Positions 1 to 11,427 of a stretch of 42,345 nt of DNA are shown one piece after another (within the stretch, counting starts at the first letter, position 1; each line of letters starts with the position of its first letter). The notes below the pieces were generated by a model. The model was not told the origin of the DNA. It ran no database searches and saw nothing but the letters and a program-made list of their open reading frames with translations. The stretch is from contig NW_021835027.1 of the NCBI RefSeq assembly GCF_006345805.1, forward strand, positions 1-42,345, given 5' to 3'. A program made the position numbers and the translations under genes. This DNA comes from Octopus sinensis (taxonomy: Eukaryota).

Positions 1-146
1 TTCCCCCATACTTTTGTGAGTTAGTTTAGGCAAACACTATCTGAGAGAGATCTTCTTTAATTATTAGAAATAGCTGTAGAATTTCTTTAGCTGCTATTTC
101 TAATGAGTTCAGTATGTGTGCAAAGTAATTTATTTTACTAAGCCCT

Positions 147-190
<44 letters not shown>

Positions 191-193
<3 letters not shown>

Positions 194-329
194 TTGTGAA
201 AGAGGACAACAAACGCAAGACATAACAAGCTTTTCAAGTCATATACATATATAAGATTTTAAGAATAATTATGTATATGACTAGAGATGCTTGTTATGTC
301 TTGGCGTTTGTTGTCCTCTTTCACAGATA
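191..329. repeat. ~140-bp imperfect palindrome (fold-back element) between (TA)n tracts
   Basis: tgtgaaagaggacaacaaacgcaagacataacaagc (195-230) is the near-exact reverse complement of 289-325; inner arms agtcatatacata / tatgtatatgact. Confidence 0.85.
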
Positions 330-727
330 TATACCCGCTATAAAGGAAACCTAAAATGGTTCCGTAGCTCCCTTCTCGGTTACGACCTTGGAGCCCTGAT
401 AACCCTTTACATCACTTACCCAGCGTACGTATTCGTTTAGTACACCAGTGAACCAAACCTCCACATTCTGTGTGTGTATATATATATATATAATATATAT
501 ATATATAACAAAATTAGAAAATGGAGAAACATACTTAAATCAATAAAACATCAACTATCAGATGATACCCAAACTTATTTATTTTACACCCATTACATAT
601 CAGTAAAGGCATTATACAAAATATACAGTAAATGTAAATAGACAAAGAGATAAAGTATAAAATTTCAAATATAAGATTTAATTAAATCATATCTGACAGC
701 TGTTTCGGCAGCGAGGGCAATATATAT

Positions 728-892
728 GACGGTTTTCTTTCAGTTTCTGTCTACCACATCCACACTCACAAGGTTTTGGTCGGACCGAGTCTATAGTAGA
801 AGACACTTGCCCAAGGTGCCATGCAGTGGGACTGAACCCGGAACCGTGTGATTGAGAAGCAAACGTCTTACCACACAGCCACGCCTGCGCCT
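728..892 (-). mobile_element. tRNA-derived SINE (family with gaaactgaaagaagcc tail)
   Basis: Minus strand has A-box-like tggctgtgtggtaag and B-box-like ggttcagtccc; related copies near 11770, 27240, 34838 and 37895. Confidence 0.8.
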
Positions 893-1195
893 GCCCTCAA
901 TATTTATCTTCGTCTATTGTTTACTTTGTACGTCCACTCTTTCGTTGTTTGTTCGTTCAAAGCCCTAACTCTCCACAAATTTAATATTTTAAAAATTTCT
1001 GGATGCTGATTGTCTTATGAAATTTTCCTATCTTGTCGTTAAAAGCACCAAATAGGAAGTAGTGAAACAGTCAACTGACGAGCGAGTTATCTTGTTTTGG
1101 TATTTTGTCCTTTACTTATCTCTCGTGTGTTTACGTATTTTTCACTCGTTGGTGATGTTGTGTACTTAATGTGTATTTTTTAAATTTATTTTATG

Positions 1196-1308
1196 TAGAG
1201 AGAGAGGGGAAGGGTTAGGAAGAGAGAGAGACAGACAGACAGACAGGCAGACAGACAGACAGACAGACAAGCAGGCAGACAGACAAGCAGGCAGACAGAC
1301 AAGCAGGC

Positions 1309-1339
<31 letters not shown>

Positions 1340-1383
1340 TAGATAGATAGACAGAGACTGAGAGAGACAGAGACAGCCAGACT

Positions 1384-1459
<76 letters not shown>

Positions 1460-1491
1460 TACAGACAGACAGACAGACAGACAGACAGACG

Positions 1492-1576
<85 letters not shown>
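1196..1576. repeat. Compound (GA)n/(GACA)n/(GATA)n microsatellite
   Basis: Directly visible; it generates the spurious SIYL/SVCL ORFs. Confidence 0.97.
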
Positions 1577-1577
<1 letters not shown>

Positions 1578-1860
1578 ACTAAATAATCCCACACGCTACA
1601 TAGATACTATAACAAAGTAGTTGTTAGTAGTGTACAGACACTACAGAAAATTTATTAAACACAAAGCTTTCTTTTAATTAAAAATATTCGTCTAACAAGC
1701 TTGAAAAGATTGAGATATAAACTCGAAGACTCAAAATTTTCTTCTCTTCGGTGCTAACCACTTGTTCTCAACTTTTTATATTGATCCTTTCGAATAGTTT
1801 TTGCACTATAAAATGCTTGTGGAATATTTATGGAGATGAATTGCTTCGTTACGCGTATTA

Positions 1861-2095
1861 TATTATTTCTTTATTGCCCACAAGGGGCTAAACATAAAGG
1901 GGACAAACAAGGACAGACAAACGGATTAAGTCGATTATGTCGACCCCAGTGCGTAACTAGTTCTTAATTTATCGACCCCGAAAGGATGAATGGCGAAGTC
2001 GACCTCGGCGGAATTTGAACTCACAACGTAACGGCAGACGAAATACCGCTAAGCATTTCGCTCGGCGTGCTAACGTTTCTGCCAGCTCGCCGCCT
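1861..2095 (-). mobile_element. SINE (aggcggcgagctggcag family) with 15-bp target-site duplication
   Basis: Reverse complement of the copy at 26820-27052; flanked by ttcgttacgcgtatt (1845-1859) and ttcgttacccgtatt (2096-2110). Confidence 0.88.
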
Positions 2096-2222
2096 TTCGT
2101 TACCCGTATTTTATTGCTTTTCACTGAATGGTGGGGGTGAACCAAAGCGTGTTTAACGCCTTCTTGGTGTATTTGATTTCGTTTTTTCAGAGGATGGATT
2201 GTATGTTATAGTTTGTCTTTTT

Positions 2223-2223
<1 letters not shown>

Positions 2224-2294
<71 letters not shown>
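2224..2294. repeat. (GTA)n microsatellite
   Basis: Directly visible. Confidence 0.97.
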
Positions 2295-2295
<1 letters not shown>

Positions 2296-2439
2296 TACCT
2301 TCTGAACATTAATATCAGAATCTTTATTATGCACTTTCGAAGAGCAATTGACAAAAAATATTTTCGTTATATTTACAAAATATATTTTTCTAAAATTATA
2401 CTTTCTATACTTAATTTCTTTTAAATTTCATTCTAATTC

Positions 2440-3279
2440 TTAGTTTCCACTGTTTCCACCTCTATTTCCCCTCATATGATCGGTGTTACTCTCGTCGGAA
2501 GGGTTTTCATTGCGTATCATTCCATTGGTTCGCCTTCTTTCTATACGTTGCTTAGTTCTGTTAGAAGTTAAATTAGAATTAACGTTAGCTTGGGCTGAAT
2601 ACGGAGTTCGCTTATAAGTGGGAGTTTTACAGCTGACGGACGTTCCTGGGGGGTCTACATAGGATATTCTCTGGGTATACCCAGCACTAGAGAGAGCCTG
2701 GTTGTAGTGGTGTGCGTAATTATTGAATATATCTCTGTTGGAGGATAGCTTAGTGAGTCTGTCTGAGATGGCTTGGACCGTGGTGTTAATTATACAGGGT
2801 GGGTGGTTGAAAGAGGTGTGGATGTATCTAGTTGTTTCTTCGGGTTTCCTATACGGGTAGTGAAGGTGCTTGTTCAAGTCTAACGTAACATCTAAGAAGT
2901 TTACTATTTTCGTGTTAGTCATAAATTCTAGTTTTAGATTGAAGGATTTGAAGAATAGTCTGATCTTTTTCCTAATTCGTTCTAGTTTACTCTTCTTATT
3001 AGTGGGGTATATGAAGAGAGCGTCATCTCTGTAGAGACCTCCCTGTAGGTCCGGTACCTCGAAGAATAGCTTCTTGAGTAGGTAGGCCCCGACCAAGTCA
3101 GTCACCTGAGCTGAATCGCTCGAGCCCATAGCCACATCAAAGTTTTCAGGGGTATCGGATCTGGTCCAAAGTTTACCATCGAATTCTATTATAGTTTTTC
3201 TGGCTAATAGTATAATGTCGATCTTTTCCCTGTCTATAAGCGAAAGGTCGCGGGTATATATAAGGGATTTGTTAAGCAA
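2440..3279 (-). pseudogene. PLE reverse transcriptase fragment (279 aa, RT core plus thumb, 5' part disrupted)
   Basis: YRDD catalytic motif and PLE-type MGS-D-A motif; in-frame stops upstream of 3279. Confidence 0.8.
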
Positions 3280-3499
3280 GATGGGGGATATACTGGCGTA
3301 GTAGTTAGCTATGTCAAACTGAATGAATGAGTAGTTGGGTCAGTTGGTAAGGAAATAGATAAGCGGTTTAGCCACAAACCAGACAGCCCTAATCTATCAC
3401 ATACTGGGTCCCCAGACGTTCCAGTTGATTTATGACACCCACCGCTTAGGCTTCTACAACCAGAATATGTCATCTTTCTGACCACCATGTTAGTTCGTA

Positions 3500-4046
3500 A
3501 CCACTTTATATCCCTTATCCTTATATTCTTTTATATTTTTATATTTTGATATTCTTTTATATTTTTGATATTTTCTTATATTTTCTTATATTTTTATATT
3601 CTTTTATATTTTTTTATATTTCTTTATATTTTTATATTTTATATTTCTACATTTATATTTTTTTATTTTTTTATCTTTTTATCTTTTTTATATTTTTTTA
3701 TCTTCCGTCCTTAATTCTCGCCCCTCTATCTTTATCCCTATTTATTTTTATTACCAGGTTCTTTCACGTCTGTGTGTATTTATATATTTATTTATTCATT
3801 TATTTATTTATATTACCTCAACACCCAAGCTTCCTCATTCTACATTGAGTGAAAGACGAGATGGACGCTTCATTTTTGTGCTGGTGCCCCACTATGTCGT
3901 ACGCGACTGAGAGGATTTGCATCCCCAACGTAGAATTTATGATGTAATACATGTCCTTGAAGTAGTAATTGTGCGCGGCTGAAGAAGGCCATAGACACAC
4001 ATTATGCATTGTTATAAATCCGTCTAATAAAGGCCCGAAACATATG
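3500..4046 (+). mobile_element. Probable PLE 3' end/pLTR fragment, inverted relative to the adjacent RT, ending in a truncated hammerhead-like motif
   Basis: T-rich ttttata tract like the one after the PLE stop at ~21700; ctgaaga..ggcc..ggcc..gaaacatatg at 3979-4046. Confidence 0.4.
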
Positions 4047-4310
4047 AAACTGAAAGAAGCCTGTCTTATATATGTATATATATATATATGTGTGTGTGTG
4101 TTTGTGTGTCTGTGTTTGTCCCCCTAGCATTGCTTGACAACCGATGCTGGTGTGTTTACGTCCCCGTCACTCAGCGGTTCGGCAAAAGAAACCGATAGAA
4201 TAAGTATTGGGCTTACAAAGAATAAGTCCCTGGGTCGATTTGCTCGACTAAAGGCGGTGCTCCAGCATGGCCGCAGTCAAATGACTGAAACAAGTAAAAG
4301 AGTAAAAGAT
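4046..4310 (+). mobile_element. 3' half of composite SINE with LINE-like tail
   Basis: Matches 27340-27580; ends ggcggtgctccagcatggccgcagtcaaatgactgaaacaag. Confidence 0.8.
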
Positions 4311-4324
4311 AGAGAGAGTAAGAG

Positions 4325-4370
<46 letters not shown>

Positions 4371-4389
4371 AATATATGTATGCATGTGT

Positions 4390-4712
4390 GAAGGCGCGTG
4401 GCTTAGTCGTTAGGGCATTCGGCTCATGATCGCAAAGTTGTGAATTCGATTCCCGGCGACGCGTTGTGTCCTTGAGCAAGACACTTTATTTCACGTTGCT
4501 CCGGTCCACTCAGCTGGCAAAAATGAGTAGTGCCTGTATTTCAAAAAAGGGCCAGCCTTGTCACACTGTGTCACGCTGAAACTCCTTGCAAACTACGTTA
4601 GGGTACACGTGTCTGTGGAATGCTCAGCCACTTGCGCGTTAATTTCTCGAGCAAGCTATTCCATTGATCGTATCAGCTGGGACCCTCGTCGTCGTAACCG
4701 ACGGAGTGCTCC
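4390..4712 (+). mobile_element. tRNA-derived SINE (gtcgtaaccgacggagtgc tail family)
   Basis: A-box-like tggcttagtcgttag and B-box-like attcgattcc; copies at 35866-36168 and 40178-40472. Confidence 0.85.
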
Positions 4713-5206
4713 TTTATGAGTGTATGTATATATATATATATATATTATATATATATATATAAAAAGAGATGTGAAATGAGAGATTAGATGATTATTCCAT
4801 TAGTTTATAGCTGCTTCATAATCTTGTCAGTTATATAATTCACATTACATCACCGTTTACAAGTATATATAATATACATATAAATCTGTTTGATTCTTTG
4901 AATGCCTGATCTTCCTGTGTGTGTGCGTGTGTGCGTGTGTGTGTGTGTGTGTGTGTATGTGTGTGTGTGTGCGTGTGTGTGTGTGTGCATGTGTGTGTGC
5001 ATGTGTGTATGTATGTATGTGTACGTGTGTGTGTGTGTTATACGTACGTTGATTTATGTCGGGTGAATGAGAAAGAAGTGTTCGATGCATGTTGTAAGGG
5101 ATATGTTTACATTTAAACTTAATGTTTCGCTCACAAATCGAGTTTCACGCCACACCTACCTGCAGATCGCAATGGTGTGAATCTCTAATTAAAGATAAAT
5201 AAATAA

Positions 5207-5237
<31 letters not shown>

Positions 5238-5265
5238 GTGTGTGTGTGTGTGTGTGTGGTGTGTG

Positions 5266-5300
<35 letters not shown>

Positions 5301-5333
5301 GTGTGTGTGTGTGTCTGTGTGTGTGTGTATGTA

Positions 5334-5368
<35 letters not shown>

Positions 5369-5384
5369 GTATATATATTGGTAA

Positions 5385-7415
5385 AAACTGTAAGATAACA
5401 AAAGAAAGAAAGAGACCTCAATATTATGTAAATAGAGGAAATTTATCTATAAAATAATATGTTACAATTATTCAATAGTCAAGATAAAACTCTGAGTTTC
5501 AGATGCCGAAGTGGAAATCCACAACACCATCTCTTCGTTATCTGGCCATCTGAAAAGCGCTATGAAAAAATACCGTTATATAAAGGGAAATTACTGTGTT
5601 ATAATTCTGCTACTTATATAAATTAAGATTAAAAGTTCATAGTAAACACCTAAACATGGCTACTCATACGCTCACATGTGCGCTCGCGGACCCACGTGCG
5701 TACTTATACGTCACTATGAAAACGTACACATCTTCACTCGCATTTTTCGCCAAATGTATACGCATATATATACGAACTCATACACACACACGCGTACCGT
5801 AAAAGTTCATACATACGTCTATATACGCACAAGCACAAGAAAAAACATGGTTAAAGGTAACAGAAAAAAACATAAGGAAGTATACAAAGCGTAAAAACCA
5901 CGTTCAAATACGGATATGCCCCTATGCACTCATACACACACACGCCCATATATGTACATACCCGCACATGTTTATATACGCATACACACACACGCATATA
6001 CAAAAAATGAATATACATATGCCCCCCCCCCCACCAAAAAAAACCTTAAAATTTGGAAAAATACTAAGTAAAAACGTCTATATATATGCATTCTTATGCC
6101 CGCACACACGCACACATCTAAAACTGCCCACTCATATACATTCACACACGTGTGCAAATGAATCTATATACACATCTATATAGGCACAGGAAAAAAATGC
6201 AGGATGGAAGAGTACAGAAAAAATTATTATGTGTGAAAATATAAAAATATATGAAATAATAAAAGGTATAAAATGAGTTAAAAACTTTTTTTGACATAAT
6301 ATAGAAAGCAAGTTCTATCTGTTTTCTTGAGGGGACCAAAAACGTAACAAAAATTTTGTCACGTGTGGGCATGATCCGAAAAGTTCTGTCCTTGAGTTTA
6401 GACATGTAGTAGGGTCTAAGCTGCTTTTCCAGATAAGCCATCTCTCCATGTCGCATAGACCGCACCTTCCGCTGCCGTTGGTGTAGGTCTTACATTTGGC
6501 CAAAATCTTCCAATGGATGTTATAATTGACACCTTTATCTTTTAAAGACTAAATATGATTAGATAATTTTGTCGCTTTTCTTTTGTTCCAGTGCCTAAAA
6601 CTCAAGGTGTGGTTATTGAACCTGGCCTTGAAATTACCCTCTGTCAGGCCCACGTATTTCTTCGTCGAAACGGTATCTTTAGTGGTTATAGAGTCCACGG
6701 TAGCTTCATAGATGATGGTCTCGGACATGCAAGCTCCATTTAGCGGGCACAATTTTTTATTCCTGCATGAACAGCTGTTTTCTTGTTGTGGTTTTTGTGT
6801 TATGTGTAATTATATTTTTAAAATTGGTAGTTGAACTAAAACTAATTTTTAAATTGTGTTTATTGAAGAGTTTCCTATAAGTATGGTTAACTGGAAAATG
6901 TCTATCTATCAGTGTTAAGAAATATTTACTTATATTGAAGGTCACCTCGGGTGAGTAAGGGGGTGTAAACCAGATGATCTTCCTATTTCTATTTTTCCTC
7001 TTCTTTACTGTTGGGCTAGTAACAGGTGTATATTTTATATTTTCGCTGAAACCACTATATTTTAAAGCCTTATTATAAACTGGGGCAACGCTATTAAAAA
7101 TGTCCTTATCGGAGGAGAGGCTAGAAATTCTCTTACTAATATTTTTAACTAAATTTTCGAATACTATAGGGGGATGGCATGAACCTACATTAATATAACT
7201 AAGTCTATCATTGGGCTTCCTATAAGGCTTATAAATATTCTTATTTAGATCTAAGGAAACGTCTAGTAAATTGACAACCGTCAGGTTAGTATCTATAGTT
7301 ATACTAAGTCCGAAGTATTTCATTAATTGGATAATATCCTTCCTAAAACGATCCTGTGCTGGTCCATTTGTATTAGCGGCTAAAGCGAGGGCATCATCTT
7401 TGTAGATGGCAAAAT
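5385..7415 (-). mobile_element. Penelope-like element copy A (5'-truncated; RT C-half, GIY-YIG, 3' UTR/pLTR)
   Basis: ORF pieces 6757-7461, 6549-6752 and 6315-6503 match the 20211-21668 protein closely (YKDD, WFTPPYS, CPLNGAC, KYVGLTE, CGLCDME); 3' region is the reverse complement of 21760-22015. Confidence 0.92.
5482..5543 (-). ncRNA. Hammerhead-like motif with deviant core in pLTR of PLE copy A
   Basis: agauaa-CGAAGA-gaug..cauc-u-GAAAC-ucaga-GUU-uuaucu; stems I and III can pair, core imperfect. Confidence 0.4.
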
Positions 7416-7653
7416 ATCTTCCAACTTCGGCCAACGAGTGCTTCCTCTTCTCATCGTACATTTTTGTTTGGGTATTTGTCTTAATTTTTCCTCATTCTTT
7501 CTCCACTCTCTTAACATCTTCTCGGTAACATCGAATGTTCTAGCAGCAGCACAATTGTTCGAACTCTTAGTTACTTCTATAACTTTCAGCTTGAAACTAG
7601 CCTCATATTTTCTTCTTTTTGCTGGTGTATGGGTATAAAATAATTATAAATGT
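7416..7653 (-). mobile_element. pogo transposase 5' fragment fused to PLE copy A
   Basis: Nearly identical to 13579-13828 (3 substitutions seen, plus a small deletion removing the ATG). Confidence 0.9.
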
Positions 7654-7682
7654 ATGTATATTATCATTTATCTTTATCATTT

Positions 7683-7895
7683 ATTTGTTTCAGTCATTAA
7701 GTTGCATCCATGTTAGAGAACCGCCTTGGAGAATTTTTATTCGAACCAATCGACCCTTGTGCCTTTTTGTTGAAGCCTGGTACTTATTTTATCGGTCACT
7801 TTTGCCGAACTGCTAAGTGACGGAGTTAAAAACAAACCAACACTCGACCGTGGTGGAAGACAAACACAGACACAAGGAACTACACACTCACACAC
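7683..7895 (-). mobile_element. Degenerate SINE 3' half
   Basis: Minus strand ends ggcggttctctaacatggatgcaacttaatgactgaaacaa; body resembles 4110-4300. Confidence 0.7.
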
Positions 7896-7896
7896 G

Positions 7897-7936
<40 letters not shown>

Positions 7937-8017
7937 TGTATAAATGTCTTGCAAACAACTTGCACATGCAAGTGCTACCAGTTAAAAGCTCCGTATACCG
8001 GAAGCTAGCAAGTGTAT

Positions 8018-8110
8018 GGGGTCATCAGGAGAGAATGCGCGCCGTTTCGGGGCCTACCTCTCGACGGCATCAATGCGCACCGCCCCCCCCTCACTGATAT
8101 GAGGCCCCGC
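8018..8110 (-). ncRNA. Candidate non-circularly permuted hammerhead ribozyme in 3' UTR of the HERO-like element
   Basis: Order on the sense strand: GCCGUC-GAGAGG, then GAAACGGC, then UCUCUC-CUGAUGA. Stem I is 6 bp and stem III 5(+5) bp; canonical stem II pairing is not evident. Confidence 0.5.
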
Positions 8111-8137
8111 TTGCTAGATCAGCTGGTTATGAAGAAC

Positions 8138-11100
8138 TCAATATACTTCTAGCCATCGCTCATCGTCTCTTTTTAACCAAATCCAGTGGCTAGCCTTCTC
8201 CACTGTAGATTGGATATCAGTCATGGTGGTATTGACTTTACGATGAGTTAGGCCTAACGATAACAACAGTCGTCTCACGCTGTGTCCAACAAACCCTCTA
8301 CATCCGACTTCGATAGGAAAATATTCCGCTTTCCAGCCTGCGTCTTCACATTCCTCGAGGAGGTTTTCATAATGGTTCAATTTTCGAGCCCGAGCGCCGT
8401 CCATATTATCTTCATGAGGAACCGTTAGTTCGACTATATTTACAACTTTCTTTCTTTCAAACCACATCAAAATATCTGGTTTTTTCGAAACTGGGATGGG
8501 AAAGAAAACCTGGCACCCAGGTAAATCTGCAGTTACCTCCCAATAGCCGTTCCACTTTTCATTTCTCTCAGGAAGTTTCTTGATCTTCTTGAAACGGATC
8601 CGCTGACCTGGTCGCACGAAGGTAATGAAATCTCTTGATGGTACTTTTAACGGTTTTTCCTCAGTGTTGTTGAGATGAATTTGGTTCTTTATAGCATTGA
8701 AGATAACCTTAAGGACCAAGTTGTTCCTCCATGTGTACCTGTTCAATGCTAATGAACAGTTGGAAAGAATATGTTTTAGTGTACCGACCTTTCCACATTT
8801 GCTGATGTCATTCTCTAAGACGTTCCATCTTACTAGATTCGTAGGTGATGGCAAAACATCATAAGATGAACGAATCAGGAAACTCAGCCGAGATGACGTC
8901 CACTTCCACATCTCATCCCAACTTATCTTCCTCTCAACAACATGTTCTTCCCATCTCGTCATCTGACCTTGAACACATCGGATCAAATGAAGCTCTCTTC
9001 TCTCTGCTTCTCTTGTTTTGACGCTGTTGCTAACAACAGATCTACGTTCACTCCGCATCATGCTTGCAAACGGTCTGAACTGATCTGCACCAAAACCAAG
9101 TCCTTTCCGATGGTTCTGCGTTGCTCCCACCATATCTCTGTGTAGAAGAGAAGACAAGATGTCGTCAGTTTCTGCTTCTGCTTTCCACTTCCTGGCTGTT
9201 TTCACCTCTGGTGGGTTACGCCTGATTTCCATATCCTTCGATTCTCTCAGCATCATGACCGTCCGTATCTTCCCCAGCTTATATATTTCGACTATTGATG
9301 CTATTGGTAGCTGTAACGAACCTCTTTTACGATAAAGAGCTGAGCTGTTCAACATACGAGGTAGGCCTAGCCACTTTCTAATGAACACATTACATTTTTG
9401 TTCAATCCTTTCAACTCGTGACAATGCCACTTCGTATATTAAAAGTGGCCACGCAAGTCGCGGGTACAAGCCGAACTGCAAGCACCAAATTTTATATTTA
9501 CCTGGTAACTTCGAAATATCAATCGCTGATAACCCAGCCTCGGCCTGTGTCATAATTTCAATCCCACGACTTCTGTCTGACAATGTTCCACCGTATATTC
9601 GTCCCAAGCTCTTGGCGGGCTCTTCCTTGACTGTTGGAATGCTTTCTTCAGATATTCGAAACTTAAATTCTTTCTGCACTCCCTTAACAAATGTCAGACT
9701 ACGCGACTTTTTTCCTCTAAATCGCATCCTTGACCACCTTACAAGTTCGTCTAATCTCAAGAGGGCATTCTGCATGATTTGTTTATCTGTAGCTAGAAGT
9801 GTCATGTCATCCATGAAGGCTTTCTTAGGCGATTGTACATGGGCGATTTGTTCCGAAAAATCTACACCTTTCAAAATCGACTCCATGACTAAGATAAACC
9901 ACTTGACAGATACTGTACAGCCAGCAGCAATGCCAACCTCCAATCGGTGCCAATTTGTTGTAAAATTTCCAGTTGTAAACCTCATTTCGAAACTGTCATA
10001 GTACATCCTCATTATTTTGATCACTTTGTCAGGAATGTGGAAGTGGTCCATGGCTGTTATTAGTAATTTGTGTGGCACTGAACCATACGCGTTAGCTAGG
10101 TCAAGCCATACCACGTTCAGACTTTTCATGTTCTGTTTGGCATCCTGGATCGCTTTCCAAATCGAAAAACAGTGTTCAACGCATCCAGGGATCCCGGGGA
10201 TTCCGGCCTTTTGAACAGATTCATCAACATATCCGTTACTCTGTAAATATGCCACTGTTCTCCTCGACAGAATTCCCATAAAGATCTTGCCTTCCACATT
10301 CAATAAGGATATCGGCCTAAACTGTTTTATGGTCTTTGCATTGGCCTCTTTCGGCAGGTATATACCTTTTGCCTTCCACCAATCCTCTACTATAGTCTCC
10401 TCGCGCCACAGTTGTCGGAGTAGGGACGAAGCTTCTTCGCACGCAGACGATTGCAGTACTTGTAGACTTTATATGAGACGCCATCACCTCCTGGGGCACT
10501 CTTTGCTCTAGCTTTTCTTACGAAGTCATTCACCTCTCTCTCCCTGATGTCCCCAATCTGGAATTCGATATCAGGTCCTGAGAGATGATTTAGCCCATGT
10601 AGAGGTGGCAGCGGCTGGTTATGGTGCGGATCGCTGTAGGTTTCCTTGATATGAGCATCAAATTCTTCTTTAGTGCATGATAAAATACCACTCTTCGGTT
10701 CAGTGAATAGCTTCTTAGTAAACCTGTACGGGTCCTTCAGAAACTGCCCCCGAGTTCTTTTACTTTCTTTTCGACGCTCATATCGGCGGATATGTCGTTG
10801 CACATAACGACATTTCCTCTTCAAATCGTTATACAGCAGCGCAAGGCCAGGTTTCTCATCTAGTGCAGCACATCTCCATCGCTTTCTTAAGTCGGACTTT
10901 TCCTTCCTCAACTGCTGCATTTTTCTGATCCTCCTGCTTGGTCCACACTTTCCTTTCTCTAGTCGGATATTCTCTTTTATTCCAAATAAATCTTTTCCTA
11001 TATCGTATATTGAGCTTGATAATTTACCCAGTTTCTCCACTGTAGAGCCCGTCATTTTATAAAGAGCCCGACAAACCTTGTTTTCAAACTCTTTATATTT

Positions 11101-11427
11101 CACTTTCTCATTAGCAGCAGGCCACAAAACCTTCGGTTTCCTCTGAGTATTATCCGATGCACCATTTTCATGACTTGTAGTCTCATCACGTGAAGAGGTC
11201 TCTGCTGTAGCATTTATCGATCCGCTGTGGTTTAAGTCCGGGGATGATTTGCCACGTGTTTTACGACCTGACGATCCACACTGCTCTGTCCTCTTCTCAC
11301 AAGTCTTTCCCTGATGTATCTTCAAGCCTCTCACAGTTGCAAAGGTTCTATAGCACAGCTTGCATCCAAAGTTGTTTGCATTTCGTTCGCTGTTCGAATG
11401 AATAATCATATTCGTTTCCAAGGTCAT
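8138..11427 (-). pseudogene. Single RT-RLE polyprotein ORF (~1090 aa) split by one frameshift near 10420-10440
   Basis: ORF 10390-11427 joins the frame of 8138-10303 through LLRQLWREETIVEDWWKAKGIYLPKE..FRPISLL. Confidence 0.85.

Larger units (their letters stand above)
1745..3420 (-). mobile_element. Degenerate Penelope-like retroelement interrupted by (GTA)n and a SINE
   Basis: RT motifs FIQFDI..YASIS, MGSSDSAQVTDLVG, LYRDD, VNFLDVTLDL, YRKP, NHPP. Remnants WFTP (~2135-2150) and KHF..KLFERINIKS (~1775-1830) continue beyond the insertions. Confidence 0.8.

Noticed and set aside
63-104. 12-bp AT-rich hairpin near the window start
   Set aside because: Short, AT-rich and without context; it may belong to an element extending outside the window.
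688-708. Hammerhead 3' half (GAAACAGCUGUC, minus strand)
   Set aside because: No CUGANGA or stem I partner; the sequence is cut by (TA)n and a SINE.
1064-1082. gaaacagtcaactgacga as a type II hammerhead
   Set aside because: No room for stem I or loop III, and no stem II partner.
2440-3279. Endonuclease-less PLE RT with a novel C-terminus
   Set aside because: WFTP and KLF..NIK remnants continue past the insertions, so this is a disrupted ordinary PLE. Kept only as a low-interest linker finding.
5160-5184. Possible 25-nt micro-exon on the minus strand (ttaattag..CAG|gtaggt)
   Set aside because: Splice-like motifs alone are not enough without transcript or homology evidence; the length is not a multiple of three.
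6757-7630. In-frame pogo HTH-RT fusion protein
   Set aside because: The pogo frame is out of register with the PLE frame and its ATG is deleted; the listed ORF starts in an alternative frame.
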